Numbered from the stretch's first letter, positions 46,330 through 57,182 are shown. The stretch: DNA of 64,000 nucleotides from Candidatus Microgenomates bacterium (GCA_003576945.1 QEVC01000002.1:5792-69791), one strand, 5' to 3'. The notes: generated by a model from the letters alone, not told the origin. Translations and numbers: made by a program.

Positions 46330-47355
46330 TTAGTATCTCAACCTCGCTCCAACTTTAACTTTCTTTAATAGTCGCTCATCCGTTAGTAGCTTGCCGCACC
46401 CCCGAACAACCGCCGCCATCGGCTCCTCACACACATAGACTGGCATACTCGTTGCCTCAGATATCATTTTGTCTATTCCTTTAATTAAGGATCCTCCCCC
46501 CGCCATTGTGATCCCATGCTGAATAATGTCAGAGATTAACTCTGGTGGTGTCTCCTCAAGCACGTCCATCACTCCACGAACTATTTGTTGTAAGGTTGGG
46601 GCCAAAGCTTCTCTCACTTCACTGCTATTAAACTTCATCGACTTTGGTAGTCCTGATCCTAGATCTCTTCCTCTAACCACCGCTTGTAGTCCATCTAATT
46701 TCGAATCAGAAGAGGCACTCCCCACATTTATCTTTACCTCCTCCGCACTCGCATCACCCAAGAGTAATCCATATTTAACTCGTGCAAAGTGGATGATCGA
46801 TTCTGTTAGTTCGTCCCCTGCCACTCTTAGCGATTTATTAAGCACAATACCCCCAAGCGAGAGTACCGCTATCTCAGTAGTGCCACCACCTATATCTATA
46901 ATCATTTGCCCTCGTGGCTCATCAATCGGGAGTCCTGCCCCGATAGCCGCCGCCATCGGCTCCTCTACCAAAAAAGCTTCGCGCGCACCGGCTGCAACCG
47001 CTGCCTCAGACACTGCGCGTCGCTCTACTTCCGTAACTCCTGACGGTATTCCAATAATCACTCTCGGTCTTGGTACTTTGGCAATCCAGGGTGAGTGTTC
47101 GTGAACTTTTTTGATATAAAAATCAAGCATGGCCAGCGCCCCATCATAATCCGCAATCACCCCATCCCGCAGTGGTCGCACTGCTTCGATTGCTTGCGGA
47201 GTTTTCCCTGCCATGAGCTTTGCTTCACTGCCAATCGCCAGGACCGCTCCCGTTTTTTTGTGCCTCGCAACATAAGAAGGCTCTCTAATTAATATCCCTT
47301 TATTTTTTACAAAAACTAGCGTGTTGGCCGTCCCGAGATCAATCCCCATATCCAT
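46330..47355 (-). CDS. mreB: rod-shape determining actin homologue MreB
   Basis: 'MGIDLGTANTLVFVKNKGILIREPS'. Start trimmed. Confidence 0.9.
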   Translation of the reverse strand: MDMGIDLGTANTLVFVKNKGILIREPSYVARHKKTGAVLAIGSEAKLMAGKTPQAIEAVRPLRDGVIADYDGALAMLDFYIKKVHEHSPWIAKVPRPRVIIGIPSGVTEVERRAVSEAAVAAGAREAFLVEEPMAAAIGAGLPIDEPRGQMIIDIGGGTTEIAVLSLGGIVLNKSLRVAGDELTESIIHFARVKYGLLLGDASAEEVKINVGSASSDSKLDGLQAVVRGRDLGSGLPKSMKFNSSEVREALAPTLQQIVRGVMDVLEETPPELISDIIQHGITMAGGGSLIKGIDKMISEATSMPVYVCEEPMAAVVRGCGKLLTDERLLKKVKVGARLRY

Positions 47356-47496
47356 CGAAAATAGTCCCAAAAGTGAGTTCAACATATGCGTCCTATATGA
47401 TAGCACAGATCTGGAATAGAGACATCATAGAGCGATCATAAGACATCAAACAACATCAGAATGGTTGGTTTACAAAATAATTTTGAAATTACGCTC

Positions 47497-47626
47497 AATC
47501 AGTGCAGACGTTATTTTTTTGCGCATTGTAAGTATGAGAAATCAAGAAAAATATGAGTGAGCAAGTGACAACGGTCGAACCATATTTTTCCTGAAACGAA
47601 TTTCTCAAAAGCAAAAAAATGTAAGT
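47497..47626 (+). repeat. copy 2 of the ~130-bp direct repeat
   Basis: In the divergent region between mreB and the 47662 gene. Confidence 0.75.
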
Positions 47627-47661
47627 CGAAACTGATAAACAAATCCTGTTATAATTTTATT

Positions 47662-49632
47662 ATGCAAATCCTCATCCAGACCATCCTCCACCTCTCTGTC
47701 ATCTTTATTCCCCTCACCTTTACCACCCTCAACTCCGAGCTCTTTGAGTTCCCCAAGTTCATCCTCCTCCTCTCTGCTACCCTCACCATCCTCACCGCCG
47801 CCATAGTAGATTACTTACATAATCGTCATTCTCAGAGATATACGGATTTACGGGTTAACGGATTTACGAGTCCCATTAGTCTCGCCGTACTTGCAATCCT
47901 CGCCACCCAGCTCTTATCCACTATCTTTAGCATCAGTCCCTATACCAGTTTTTGGGGTTACTATAGTCGCTTCCACCAAGGTCTCTTAACTACCATTTGT
48001 TACACCATTCTCTACTTTGCCGCTTGCCTCTACCTGGATAAAGAAAGTGTGCAAAAACTTATAAAAGTATCTGTAGGAACAGCTTTTTTTATTAGCCTAT
48101 ATGCCATCTTACAGCGCCTGGGAATCGACAAATCGCTCTGGATCCAGGACGTGGTCAACCGCCCTTTTAGCTCGCTCGGCCAACCCAACTGGCTCGCTGC
48201 CTACCTCCTCCCCAATCTATTTTTATCTCTCTATCTTATTAGAGATTTTCCAAAATCACTTACACTGCGTACCGCCTACTGCGTCATACTCATTGGCCTC
48301 CTCCTCACCAAATCTCGCTCCGGTTTTATTGCCCTCGCACTTAGCTATCCACTTTATTGGCTCCTCCTCGCTCGCCAGTTCTCCTTCACCAAAATAAAAC
48401 AACAACTATTTCTTTCTACTTTCTACTTTCTACTTGTCACTCTTTTTGTCGGCACTCCCTACACTCCCAAGTTAATAGATCTCCTAAAATCTCCTAAGCA
48501 AGAAATTACTAGCTCCCAATCAACCGGCACCCAACTCGAAAATGGAGGGACTGAAAGTGGGGATATTCGTCGCATAGTCTGGTCCGGCGCTCTCAAGTTA
48601 ATTCAAAAACACCCCATGATCGGGACAGGTCCCGAAACCTTTGCTTATACCTATTATTGGCAGAGACCAGTCGCTCACAACAATACTTCAGAGTGGGACT
48701 ATCTTTACAACAAAGCCCACAACGAATATCTAAACATTGCGGCAACCACTGGCGTGCTCGGTCTCCTTGCCTACCTCTACTTTCACTATGCTGTCTTTCT
48801 TAAAAGTACAGAATTAGTTGTTAAATCCAAAAAAATCAATCAAGAAGAAGATAATAATTTGCGCAGTCTCTACCCTGTCTTAGGTGCCACCATTATTGGT
48901 TTCACCATCACCAACTTTTTTGGCTTCTCCGTGATCCCAGTCTATCTCTTGACGACCCTTATTGCCGCGCTGCCCCTATCTGTAAATCAACAACTAGATA
49001 AAGGCAAAAACGACAAGAATCTAGTCCTCCTAATCTTTCTCCCTCTCATCTACCCCGCCCACCTATTCTTCACCGATATTAGCTTTGCTAAAGGGAAAGC
49101 CTATTTAGATGCCAATCAACCTGGGAATGCTCTCCCACTCCTCCAGAAGGCCGTAAATAGTAGGCCAGGATTAGACTTGTATCATAGTACCGTCGGCGAA
49201 GCCTACGCCCAACTAGGCCAAACAGAACTCGCTGTCAAAGAAGCCGAGCTAACCAAGAAGCTCAATCCCTACCATCTCAACTTCTACAAGAGCCGAGCAA
49301 AAATCTATCTCACCCTATCCACCAACGACTCCCAATATTACCAGCCTGCCGCGAGAGAACTCGAAGAGGCCCGCACCCTCGCCCCCACCGACCCCAAACT
49401 CTACTACAACCTAGGCCTAATCTATACTCGCCTCGGCAATAATGATCAAGCCATAACCCAGTTTAAGCAAGCCATCTCCCTCAAGCCCAACTACGAGAGT
49501 CCCTACTATGCCCTCACTCTCCTCTACGAGCAAACTGATCAAAAGAAACTTATACCTGATCTACTCTCAAGCGCCAAAGAAAACCTGGCTACATATAGTG
49601 GCGCTTTAAACGAAAAAATTTTACTCTACTAA
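47662..49632 (+). CDS. O-antigen ligase/polymerase-family membrane protein with C-terminal TPR repeats
   Basis: Polytopic; 'KSRSGFIALALSYPLYW' Wzy_C-like. C-terminal TPR-like 'YYNLGLIYTRLGNNDQAITQFKQAISLKPN'. ACGGATTT tandem repeat in frame at 47839-47870. Confidence 0.65.
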   Translation: MQILIQTILHLSVIFIPLTFTTLNSELFEFPKFILLLSATLTILTAAIVDYLHNRHSQRYTDLRVNGFTSPISLAVLAILATQLLSTIFSISPYTSFWGYYSRFHQGLLTTICYTILYFAACLYLDKESVQKLIKVSVGTAFFISLYAILQRLGIDKSLWIQDVVNRPFSSLGQPNWLAAYLLPNLFLSLYLIRDFPKSLTLRTAYCVILIGLLLTKSRSGFIALALSYPLYWLLLARQFSFTKIKQQLFLSTFYFLLVTLFVGTPYTPKLIDLLKSPKQEITSSQSTGTQLENGGTESGDIRRIVWSGALKLIQKHPMIGTGPETFAYTYYWQRPVAHNNTSEWDYLYNKAHNEYLNIAATTGVLGLLAYLYFHYAVFLKSTELVVKSKKINQEEDNNLRSLYPVLGATIIGFTITNFFGFSVIPVYLLTTLIAALPLSVNQQLDKGKNDKNLVLLIFLPLIYPAHLFFTDISFAKGKAYLDANQPGNALPLLQKAVNSRPGLDLYHSTVGEAYAQLGQTELAVKEAELTKKLNPYHLNFYKSRAKIYLTLSTNDSQYYQPAARELEEARTLAPTDPKLYYNLGLIYTRLGNNDQAITQFKQAISLKPNYESPYYALTLLYEQTDQKKLIPDLLSSAKENLATYSGALNEKILLY

Positions 49633-49685
49633 AAAAAGTAGCATTAGATAAATATATCATACCATATCATTTATTTCTTGATATA

Positions 49686-50243
49686 ATGATCTACATGTCA
49701 ACTATAATCTCAGTCCCTCACCCCACCCTTCGCACCAAGTGTGAGCCAATTCAAAGCATTACTCTCGAAGTTCAAGAAGAAATCCAAGATCTAATCGACG
49801 CTCTAAAGGGTGCCCATAACCCCGAGGGCGTCGGCCTCAGTTTCCCCCAGATCGGGATCTCAAGGCGCGGCTTTGCCACCTATCTAGAAAAAAAAATTCG
49901 TATTTATCTCAACCCCGAAATCATAGACCAGAGTGAAGAGACCACCCTCGGTGGCACTCCCGAGCGCCCCACTCTCGAAGGCTGTCTCTCCATCCCTCAC
50001 CTCTATGGACCTGTCCCAAGGGCCAAAAAAATTAAAATTAAAGCAATTGACGAGCACGGTGTCGAAGTCTACAAAACTCTTACTAGTTTTGCGGCCCGCG
50101 TCTTTATGCACGAACAAGACCATCTAGACGGTATCCTCTTTACCGACTACACGCTCAAACACAATCTCCCTCTCTATTTCCTCGACAACGAGCAAGATAA
50201 GTTTATCCAGGTCGAAGATCCCATTAAAATTATCAAGTGGTAA
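49686..50243 (+). CDS. def: peptide deformylase
   Basis: 'EGCLSIP' and 'HEQDHLDG' (HExxH) motifs. Motif 1 is a variant, 'GVGLSFPQIG'. Confidence 0.8.
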   Translation: MIYMSTIISVPHPTLRTKCEPIQSITLEVQEEIQDLIDALKGAHNPEGVGLSFPQIGISRRGFATYLEKKIRIYLNPEIIDQSEETTLGGTPERPTLEGCLSIPHLYGPVPRAKKIKIKAIDEHGVEVYKTLTSFAARVFMHEQDHLDGILFTDYTLKHNLPLYFLDNEQDKFIQVEDPIKIIKW

Positions 50244-50279
50244 TAACCCACAACCCAACATCTGACAAAATCATACTTC

Positions 50280-50765
50280 TTACTCATTCACGGGAACACA
50301 GATTGCCGTTCCATTGGCGAGATGTGCTAATTCAGGGCTATTCTCTGGCAGAACTTTTATTGATTTGCCTTGGACAACTACGACTTGCCCACCAACCCCA
50401 TATCCCGCGCGCCTCAACCTTCCAATCGCGGCATTGGCAGTTGGTACTTCAGGTTTAAGAGGATCATAGTGTTCTGGAAAGCCCCATTTATCCGTATTAA
50501 TTGCCACACACGCTACAGGTATATTAAAAATATTTCTACCGCTAATATCGCCTGAATGGGGAGCTGGTGTGCCCGTCACAGGCATTGCTTCTGGAGGCAA
50601 AGTTTGCGTAGCATAAGGTTCATTGCCATAATCTCCATTAGCAATGGCCTTAAACCAAGCAGTATCTCCATAATTGGCTTCCACCACCATATAAGAAACA
50701 AGTAAAAAACTCAAAAATGCAGGAAGCACAAACTTAAAAATAGTCTCACGTTTTTCCATACACAC
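50280..50765 (-). CDS. hypothetical secreted protein
   Basis: N-terminal hydrophobic segment; no homology recognised. Confidence 0.3.
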   Translation of the reverse strand: MCMEKRETIFKFVLPAFLSFLLVSYMVVEANYGDTAWFKAIANGDYGNEPYATQTLPPEAMPVTGTPAPHSGDISGRNIFNIPVACVAINTDKWGFPEHYDPLKPEVPTANAAIGRLRRAGYGVGGQVVVVQGKSIKVLPENSPELAHLANGTAICVPVNE

Positions 50766-50816
50766 CCATTATACCTCCCTTGTCCAGTCCTAGCCCTCCC
50801 GCTATACTAGCCACAT

Positions 50817-51788
50817 ATGTCGCCTCTTATCTTTTTTGGCTCCGATCGTTTTAGTGCCGTCGTACTAAGTGAGCTAATCAGTCAAAATCACGCTCCAACA
50901 CTAGTAGTCACCGACCAACCAAAACCTGCCCGCAATACTTCGCATAGCGATGCAGGCGGGCCCAAAGGAAAGCAAGGTATTCTTAGTCCCAACGAAGTCG
51001 AAACTCTCGCCAAAACGCAAGACATAAAAATATTATATTATCAAGACAACAACGAAGAATTGATCAAATATATACAACATTCAAAATACAACATACAAAA
51101 TACCAATCTAACTGGCCTCTCTGCCTCTTTCCCCCACCTCTTCCCCGCCGACTTTATCAGTTTGTTTAGCGGTCATCTCTATAATCTCCACCCCTCCCTC
51201 CTCCCACAGTACCGCAATGTTGCACCAGGTCCTTACGCCATCATCATGGGCGATAAAGAGACCGGGATCACCCTCCAGCATATCGACGAGCGTATCGATA
51301 CTGGCAGTATCATCGCCCAGCAGTCAGCTCCCATTCATCCCTCCGATACCTCTACCACCCTCCTCAACCGACTTTTTACCAAGGGTGCTGAAATCTTTAT
51401 TCAGCATTTATCGGACGGATTTACGGATTTACGGATTAACAGATTTACGAATCAACTAATCTTTACCCGCAAGCTCACCCGCCAGTCTGGCTACATCGAG
51501 TGGGACATCGTCCAAAAGCTACTTCAAGGTCGGACCTTGAAGGTGGGTGACACAGTCAACCCCCTAATCCATCTCCGTCTCACCCATCATCCAGAGAGAA
51601 CAGAGAACATCCTCCCCGACCTAATCCGTGGCCTCAACCCATATGAGCGAGTCTGGACAGTAGCAAAAACCAAAAAAGGAGAACTCCAGCTCACACTATC
51701 CCTCTCACCCAACGGCGAAATTATGGTCCTAATCCCTGGCAAGCCAAAACCAATTCTCTATACTGATTTTGTAAAGTATTATCTCTAA
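50817..51788 (+). CDS. fmt: methionyl-tRNA formyltransferase
   Basis: 'NLHPSLLPQYRNVAPGPYAIIMGDKETGITLQHIDERIDTGSII'. The inter-domain linker carries the ACGGATTT tandem repeat (51412-51452) and the 21-bp palindrome (51522-51542). Confidence 0.8.
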   Translation: MSPLIFFGSDRFSAVVLSELISQNHAPTLVVTDQPKPARNTSHSDAGGPKGKQGILSPNEVETLAKTQDIKILYYQDNNEELIKYIQHSKYNIQNTNLTGLSASFPHLFPADFISLFSGHLYNLHPSLLPQYRNVAPGPYAIIMGDKETGITLQHIDERIDTGSIIAQQSAPIHPSDTSTTLLNRLFTKGAEIFIQHLSDGFTDLRINRFTNQLIFTRKLTRQSGYIEWDIVQKLLQGRTLKVGDTVNPLIHLRLTHHPERTENILPDLIRGLNPYERVWTVAKTKKGELQLTLSLSPNGEIMVLIPGKPKPILYTDFVKYYL

Positions 51789-53977
51789 CTTCTCCCCCAC
51801 CGCTCCCGACTCACCCTAATCACCTTTTCCCTATTCTGGTTCCGACTAGAGGGTAGCGGCAAGGTGCGGGCTACAAATGCGCGTCCCGACATCGAGTCCA
51901 CCATGAGTCGCAGTGCTATCTGGAAATTCTCGAGATTTACTAGATCTTTATCTGTAAACACATCCCCAAACTCTTTCATAATAATCCGCGCATCATCCGC
52001 TCCCATGGTAAAAGCCGCGATCGAGCCGGCATTGCCCAATATCGCCTTTTGCACCTCGATCGGGATCTGGGCCATATACTGGTTCGCCATCATCAGGTTT
52101 AGTTTGTACTTACGCGCTTCCGATAAGATTTTGATAAATGAGGTGGTCGCAAAGTTTTGAAACTCATCAACATAAAGGTAAAAGTCCCGCCGCTCTGCCT
52201 CGACCTGATCTACTCGATTCATCGCCGCGAGCTGAAACTTGGTAATCAGCATTGCACCGATTAGGGCCGCGTTATCCTCTCCCAGTTTTCCTTGTGAGAG
52301 ATTAGCAATCAGGATCTTGCCGTCATTCATCACTTCTTCAATATCCACGGAGCTCTGGGGCCGCTCAATGATCGCACGAATCAGTGGTGAGCTAATAAAC
52401 TGTCCGACCTTATTTAGGATTGGCGAGATCGACTCTTGCATCATTTTTTCAGGCATCTTTTCAAATTCATTCTCAAAATACCGCTTAATTACTGGATCTT
52501 TTAATCCTGATACCACCTGGGCTCTATATCCTCGCTCCGTCAATATTCTAGGGATATCTACGAGCGTAGCTCCTGGTGTTTCTGAGAGTGCGAGCAAAGT
52601 ATTTCGTAAAATATACTCGAGCCTGGGTCCCCAGGAATGCCCGTAGAGCTTATTAAAAATTGCCACAATTCCAGAGACTATTAACTCTCGCTGTGCCTGA
52701 TCTTTAACTTCGAGAATATTAAGTCTTACCGGCCGATCTCGATCTATTGGATTAAAGTAAATCACGTCATTAATGCGCGAGGCTGGGATGTAATCGAGGA
52801 TCGTCTCCGACAGGTCACCGTGGGGGTCGATTATGGCTATTCCCCTCCCTTTTTTAATATCATCAATCGCCATATTGGCAATCAATGTACTTTTACCTGT
52901 TCCCGTTTTCCCTATACTCCAGATATGGCGCCTTCTATCTGCTTCTTTAATTCCAAAAATTAAATCACGATTCTTAAATACTGTTCGGGCAAAAAAGTTA
53001 ATTTTTGCTTTCACTTCTTCACTCGCTCCCTCCGCCACCGGCAAGTTCTCGGGTGGTTCCGAAAATACCCTCGCACCCCAGACAATCATCGGGATCTTTA
53101 CTTTTTCGCTCGGCAGATGCCATAGGGTCGCCATTTCTGGCACCGAGACTACCCGTTTGCCCACTGGCTTGCGCATAACCAGTGCCCGGCGCGCCCCCTC
53201 CATCCCAAATAATGGAGTCGAGAGTGACCAACTATTCCCATCAGGACGGGAAAATACCCCAAACACGCTTGCTAGCTCCTTTAGCCTCCCAGATCGGTTA
53301 GTCCCTACCCGAAAACTGACCCCAAAGCCCTCATTTCCTATCTTCTCCTCAATCCCGCGAGCATTGGGTAGTGTCCCCCGACGCTCGGAGTATCCCTGCG
53401 CATTCTGGGTCACCCCCATGCTCCTCCCTCGGTCTAGCGCACTCCTCCCTTCTCCCTGCCACGACTCAGGTGCAGAAGAAAGTACCCAGGATAGCCAAAT
53501 TACCTCACCTGGCTCTGCCTTAGATAGTACTGAGAGATAGGAGTTAATCGGATCTGTATCACGAAAATCACTCCACGTTTTTAGTGGGTAAAATGAGGCT
53601 AGAGAGAGCTTAAGTTCTCCGACATTAAGCCCACCCACGAGGTTGGGTAGTGGATCAGTCATGGGCGTAATGGTGGCGAGTGGATAGGTAGACTGAATCT
53701 GGGAGGTTACAAACTGAGAAAGATAGGAGGAACACGTCACCAAAAATCTTATTTTCTGCTCCCACACCCCGATCTCAAGCGCCACCACTGGCTTTGGCTC
53801 ACCCTTAATCCAGATATCAAAAAGGGATTTGTGCAGAATCCTGGGGAAAGTGGACAAAAACGTGGCCGCCGACTCAGGCGTAACCTCAGTCTCTCTCGGG
53901 ATCGTAACTAAGTGAGTTGTTAGGGCAGCCATACATAGTCTAGTATATAACAAAAATCCCTCTCTCGAGGGACTCAT
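51785..53977 (-). CDS. P-loop NTPase, VirD4/TraG/HerA-like type IV coupling-protein family
   Basis: 'HIWSIGKTGTGKSTLIANMAIDDIKKGRGIAIIDPHGDL'; 730 aa. Confidence 0.5.
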   Translation of the reverse strand: MSPSREGFLLYTRLCMAALTTHLVTIPRETEVTPESAATFLSTFPRILHKSLFDIWIKGEPKPVVALEIGVWEQKIRFLVTCSSYLSQFVTSQIQSTYPLATITPMTDPLPNLVGGLNVGELKLSLASFYPLKTWSDFRDTDPINSYLSVLSKAEPGEVIWLSWVLSSAPESWQGEGRSALDRGRSMGVTQNAQGYSERRGTLPNARGIEEKIGNEGFGVSFRVGTNRSGRLKELASVFGVFSRPDGNSWSLSTPLFGMEGARRALVMRKPVGKRVVSVPEMATLWHLPSEKVKIPMIVWGARVFSEPPENLPVAEGASEEVKAKINFFARTVFKNRDLIFGIKEADRRRHIWSIGKTGTGKSTLIANMAIDDIKKGRGIAIIDPHGDLSETILDYIPASRINDVIYFNPIDRDRPVRLNILEVKDQAQRELIVSGIVAIFNKLYGHSWGPRLEYILRNTLLALSETPGATLVDIPRILTERGYRAQVVSGLKDPVIKRYFENEFEKMPEKMMQESISPILNKVGQFISSPLIRAIIERPQSSVDIEEVMNDGKILIANLSQGKLGEDNAALIGAMLITKFQLAAMNRVDQVEAERRDFYLYVDEFQNFATTSFIKILSEARKYKLNLMMANQYMAQIPIEVQKAILGNAGSIAAFTMGADDARIIMKEFGDVFTDKDLVNLENFQIALRLMVDSMSGRAFVARTLPLPSSRNQNREKVIRVSRERWGRS

Positions 53978-54007
53978 ACATTATTCAAAATACTAAATAC
54001 AAAATAC

Positions 54008-54190
54008 TTACTTCCCCTTCACACTGCGCAGACACTTGGTACAGAGGCGTAGTCTAAGTCTGGCTTCGCCTAGCTGCATACGGTGGGTATGGAGGTTTGG
54101 TTTACGAACTCTTTGGGTGCGGTTTTTAGCATGGGAGACGTTGTGTCCTACATCACGCTTTTTACCACAAAAATCACACATGTTTGCCAT
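54008..54190 (-). CDS. rpmB: 50S ribosomal protein L28
   Basis: 'MANMCDFCGKKRDVGHNVSHAKNRTQRVRKPNLHTHR'. Confidence 0.85.
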   Translation of the reverse strand: MANMCDFCGKKRDVGHNVSHAKNRTQRVRKPNLHTHRMQLGEARLRLRLCTKCLRSVKGK

Positions 54191-54211
54191 AGATATGTAG
54201 TTTAGCACAAC

Positions 54212-54841
54212 TTAGTGACTTACACTACCCCTGTTTCTAAATATCAGTGATGCACCAATCGCTATACCCACGATCACGAGGATAATAACCAACAGTGATG
54301 TCAATATCCGTCCGATCACACTACCAGCCGTACTGGTAGCCGCAGTAACTTTTGAAGTTGTGTCTTGAACAGTCATCCCAGTGGGAGCAGTCGAAGCAGC
54401 AGGAGTCGTAGTAGTAGTCGTAGAGATAGTAACCTTAGATTTATCAAAATCAAAAACGGTCAATTTGCCAGAGACCACCACTTTATCACTAGGCTTACGC
54501 ACGAGGTTGTCTGTCTCAGCGGTTATTACCATGTCGCCAAATGGACTGGCAATGTTACCAGAGAAATATCCAGCCTCAACTGCCCCGATTCTAATCAGCT
54601 CTCCACGAGCAATCGTTTTGCCCCATAAGACGTATTTGTTATAGGTAGTCTCGTGTGGGTAAACCAAGCCATCGCAGCGGCCAAATATTCGGTAAGAACC
54701 ACTCTGAAATAGTGAAATGCCTTTACAAGATACGCTAGAGCTCGTTAGGTCAATCGATCCTTCCCTCGCCGAAGCTGGCGAAGCGATGGTGAATAAAAAG
54801 CTAAACACGATCAGTGCAATGAGTTTTTTCATATATCCCAT
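54212..54841 (-). CDS. surface protein: signal peptide, Thr-rich stretch, C-terminal TM + basic tail
   Basis: 'TTTTTPAASTAPTG', then 'ILTSLLVIILVIVGIAIGASLIFRNRG'. Confidence 0.4.
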   Translation of the reverse strand: MGYMKKLIALIVFSFLFTIASPASAREGSIDLTSSSVSCKGISLFQSGSYRIFGRCDGLVYPHETTYNKYVLWGKTIARGELIRIGAVEAGYFSGNIASPFGDMVITAETDNLVRKPSDKVVVSGKLTVFDFDKSKVTISTTTTTTPAASTAPTGMTVQDTTSKVTAATSTAGSVIGRILTSLLVIILVIVGIAIGASLIFRNRGSVSH

Positions 54842-54862
54842 AATATATCACAGATTGTCCAG

Positions 54863-55507
54863 ATGTCAAGGTTTGGTTATACTACCCTCATGTTATCCAC
54901 CCTCTTTACCAACCCTATCGTCTTCATTATCTGGGCGATCAGCTTGGTAGTTGCCTTAACCATCCACGAATACGCCCACGCCAAAACGGCCGACTACCTC
55001 GGCGACCCCACTCCTCGCGCCAATGGGCGCATCACTCTCGATCCCCGCGCCCACTTAGATCCACTCGGTACGATCCTAATCTTAATAGTCGGCTTTGGCT
55101 GGGGTCGACCAGTCGAATTTGATCCTTATAATTTAAGAAACCCAAAAAGAGACACCGCCCTAATCGCTCTCGCCGGACCGGCCAGCAATATCGTTCTAGC
55201 GATTATTCTCTCTATTCTATCTAGCTTTCTCGGAGCAGGTAGCTTAATTGCGAGCATTATCCCCCTCATGATCATGATGAACATTTCGCTCGCGATTTTT
55301 AACCTTGTCCCCGTTTTCCCCCTTGATGGCGAAAAAATCCTCAAAGGCTTCCTCCCCACCGAGCTTGCTGTCGAATACGACAACCTCATGCATCAATATG
55401 GAACTCTAATCCTAATCATGCTCCTCCTCCCCATCGCCAGTGGCAGTTCTCCTATTTCTGTCCTCATCTCCCCCGCTATCAGCTTTGTTAGCAACTTACT
55501 ACTCTAA
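54863..55507 (+). CDS. M50-family site-2 protease-like zinc metalloprotease
   Basis: 'HEYAHAKTADYLGDPT' HExxH in a TM helix, later 'PLDGEKIL'. Confidence 0.75.
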   Translation: MSRFGYTTLMLSTLFTNPIVFIIWAISLVVALTIHEYAHAKTADYLGDPTPRANGRITLDPRAHLDPLGTILILIVGFGWGRPVEFDPYNLRNPKRDTALIALAGPASNIVLAIILSILSSFLGAGSLIASIIPLMIMMNISLAIFNLVPVFPLDGEKILKGFLPTELAVEYDNLMHQYGTLILIMLLLPIASGSSPISVLISPAISFVSNLLL

Positions 55508-55741
55508 ATTTACTTTCTACTCATCCATTTAGCATTACTAACAATTGCAAAAAATAATCCTACCCCAACCGGGCCAACGCAAATCATGATAGAGCACATC
55601 AGCCGCCTAGTCTCTTCAGGTATCTGCATCCACCCCTCTCTCATCATGAGGACAGCTAATCCCACACCAAAGATTTCCACTCCCAAATTACGTTTCATCG
55701 GGACAGATTATACAAGATAGGTTAAAATAAGCCCACTACCT

Positions 55742-55812
55742 AGGGATGTCGTTCAGCGGTAGGACGGAGGTCTCCAAAACCTCTAACGAAGGTTCGATTC
55801 CTTCCATCCCTG
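55742..55812 (+). tRNA. tRNA-Trp (CCA)
   Basis: Acceptor AGGGATG/CATCCCT, anticodon arm GAGGT-CTCCAAA-ACCTC, T-arm GAAGG-TTCGATT-CCTTC. No encoded CCA. Confidence 0.75.
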
Positions 55813-55852
55813 CTTATTTACAAAACGTGACTCACGCAGTTAAAGTTAAACC

Positions 55853-57181
55853 ATGCCCACAATTACTCACTCCCCCATTCCCGAAGATCTAGAGTTTAAG
55901 CGCACCGCCCACGAAGAGCGACATCTCCTAGAGACTGTCGATATCCCCATTGTGACAGTGAGCGCTACTTTTAAAAATGAATTAAAGGAAAAATTTGGCG
56001 AAGATCCAGAGGAAAATACTCCCGATGTCACCTTTAGTCGTGCTCACTACAGTATGGCTAACGCTCTAGTTGTCGCCGCCACCAAATCCAGGCAAACTTT
56101 TTGGATGATCGACCCCACCAACTACGTCTCCGCCCGCGACTGGCCCAAGATCATGTTTACACAGAGGATGGGTCGCCTAATTGCGCGCTCTCCCCTCCTC
56201 AAAGAACTCAAAGATTTGATGGACACTAGACTCAGAAATCAACTCCCCTTAACCGCTGCGATTCGTGAGCCTCTCACCTATGTCACTGGACGCGTTGAAC
56301 GTCCCATCATTAGTCTGCACTACGAAGCCGGCAACATCCTCCTTGAAAATGGCAAAGCGGTCCTGCAGGTCATAACCGATCCTCATGTCAGACCACAATA
56401 TCTGACTCATGCGGATAATCCCAAACTCACCTGGGCTGTCTTTGACAAAGCCACCAAAGCCAGAGTGATCGAGCTCGGCTACATTCTCGGCCACAAAATC
56501 GACCATTCGCGCGTCCATGTTACTGGCTGTCCCGTCGATCCTCGCATCCCCATTAAAGACAAAAATACTGCCATTCGTGGCTACCGCTACCGTCCCCTAA
56601 GACTCGCCATCACCACTGGTGGACTCGGCACCAACAAAGATGAGATCCAAGATCTCCTAGTTCACTTAGCTCCCGCGATTAAAAAAGGCGAAGTTCACAT
56701 CGCCGCTTACGCTGGAGTCCACGAAGATTTTGAAACCATGTTTACCACTTTTGCCAAAACGCACAATATTAAAACTGGCGAATCAAATGATGATCAGTCA
56801 CCTTTTCGAATCTTTAGAGATAATGACATAATCGGCGCGAATGAACTCCTCCTTGACCATATCTTTCCTTGGGCTGACGGCTTTATTAGCAAGCCCAGTG
56901 GCGATATGGCGTATGAGGCTGTCGCCGCCGGCTGCTTCCTCCTAACTCTTCGCCCCTGGGGTGAGTGGGAAGAAAACATACGTGCCGTCACTGAAAACTG
57001 GGGAGTCTCCCTCCGTGCAGATATTGAAAACATTCTCCCTCAACTTAGAGCCATTACCACCATGCCAATCGAGGGTAAATTACCGTGGGTTGAATTAGCT
57101 CTCACCCGCGCCCACCGCCTCGCCCCAACCATCGCAAGGAGTGCCGATAATATCCTCAAACTCCACCGTAAAATCAAATAA
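55853..57181 (+). CDS. GT-B glycosyltransferase (MGDG-synthase/UgtP/MurG-like)
   Basis: 'ITTGGLGT' and the C-terminal 'SKPSGDMAYEAVAAGCFLL' resemble the GT28 C-terminal donor-binding region. Confidence 0.45.
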   Translation: MPTITHSPIPEDLEFKRTAHEERHLLETVDIPIVTVSATFKNELKEKFGEDPEENTPDVTFSRAHYSMANALVVAATKSRQTFWMIDPTNYVSARDWPKIMFTQRMGRLIARSPLLKELKDLMDTRLRNQLPLTAAIREPLTYVTGRVERPIISLHYEAGNILLENGKAVLQVITDPHVRPQYLTHADNPKLTWAVFDKATKARVIELGYILGHKIDHSRVHVTGCPVDPRIPIKDKNTAIRGYRYRPLRLAITTGGLGTNKDEIQDLLVHLAPAIKKGEVHIAAYAGVHEDFETMFTTFAKTHNIKTGESNDDQSPFRIFRDNDIIGANELLLDHIFPWADGFISKPSGDMAYEAVAAGCFLLTLRPWGEWEENIRAVTENWGVSLRADIENILPQLRAITTMPIEGKLPWVELALTRAHRLAPTIARSADNILKLHRKIK

Positions 57182-57182
57182 A

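Noticed and set aside
51864-53540. Several 70-235-aa plus-strand ORFs within the VirD4-like ATPase gene
   Set aside because: They are antisense to a long ORF with Walker motifs, low complexity and no homology.
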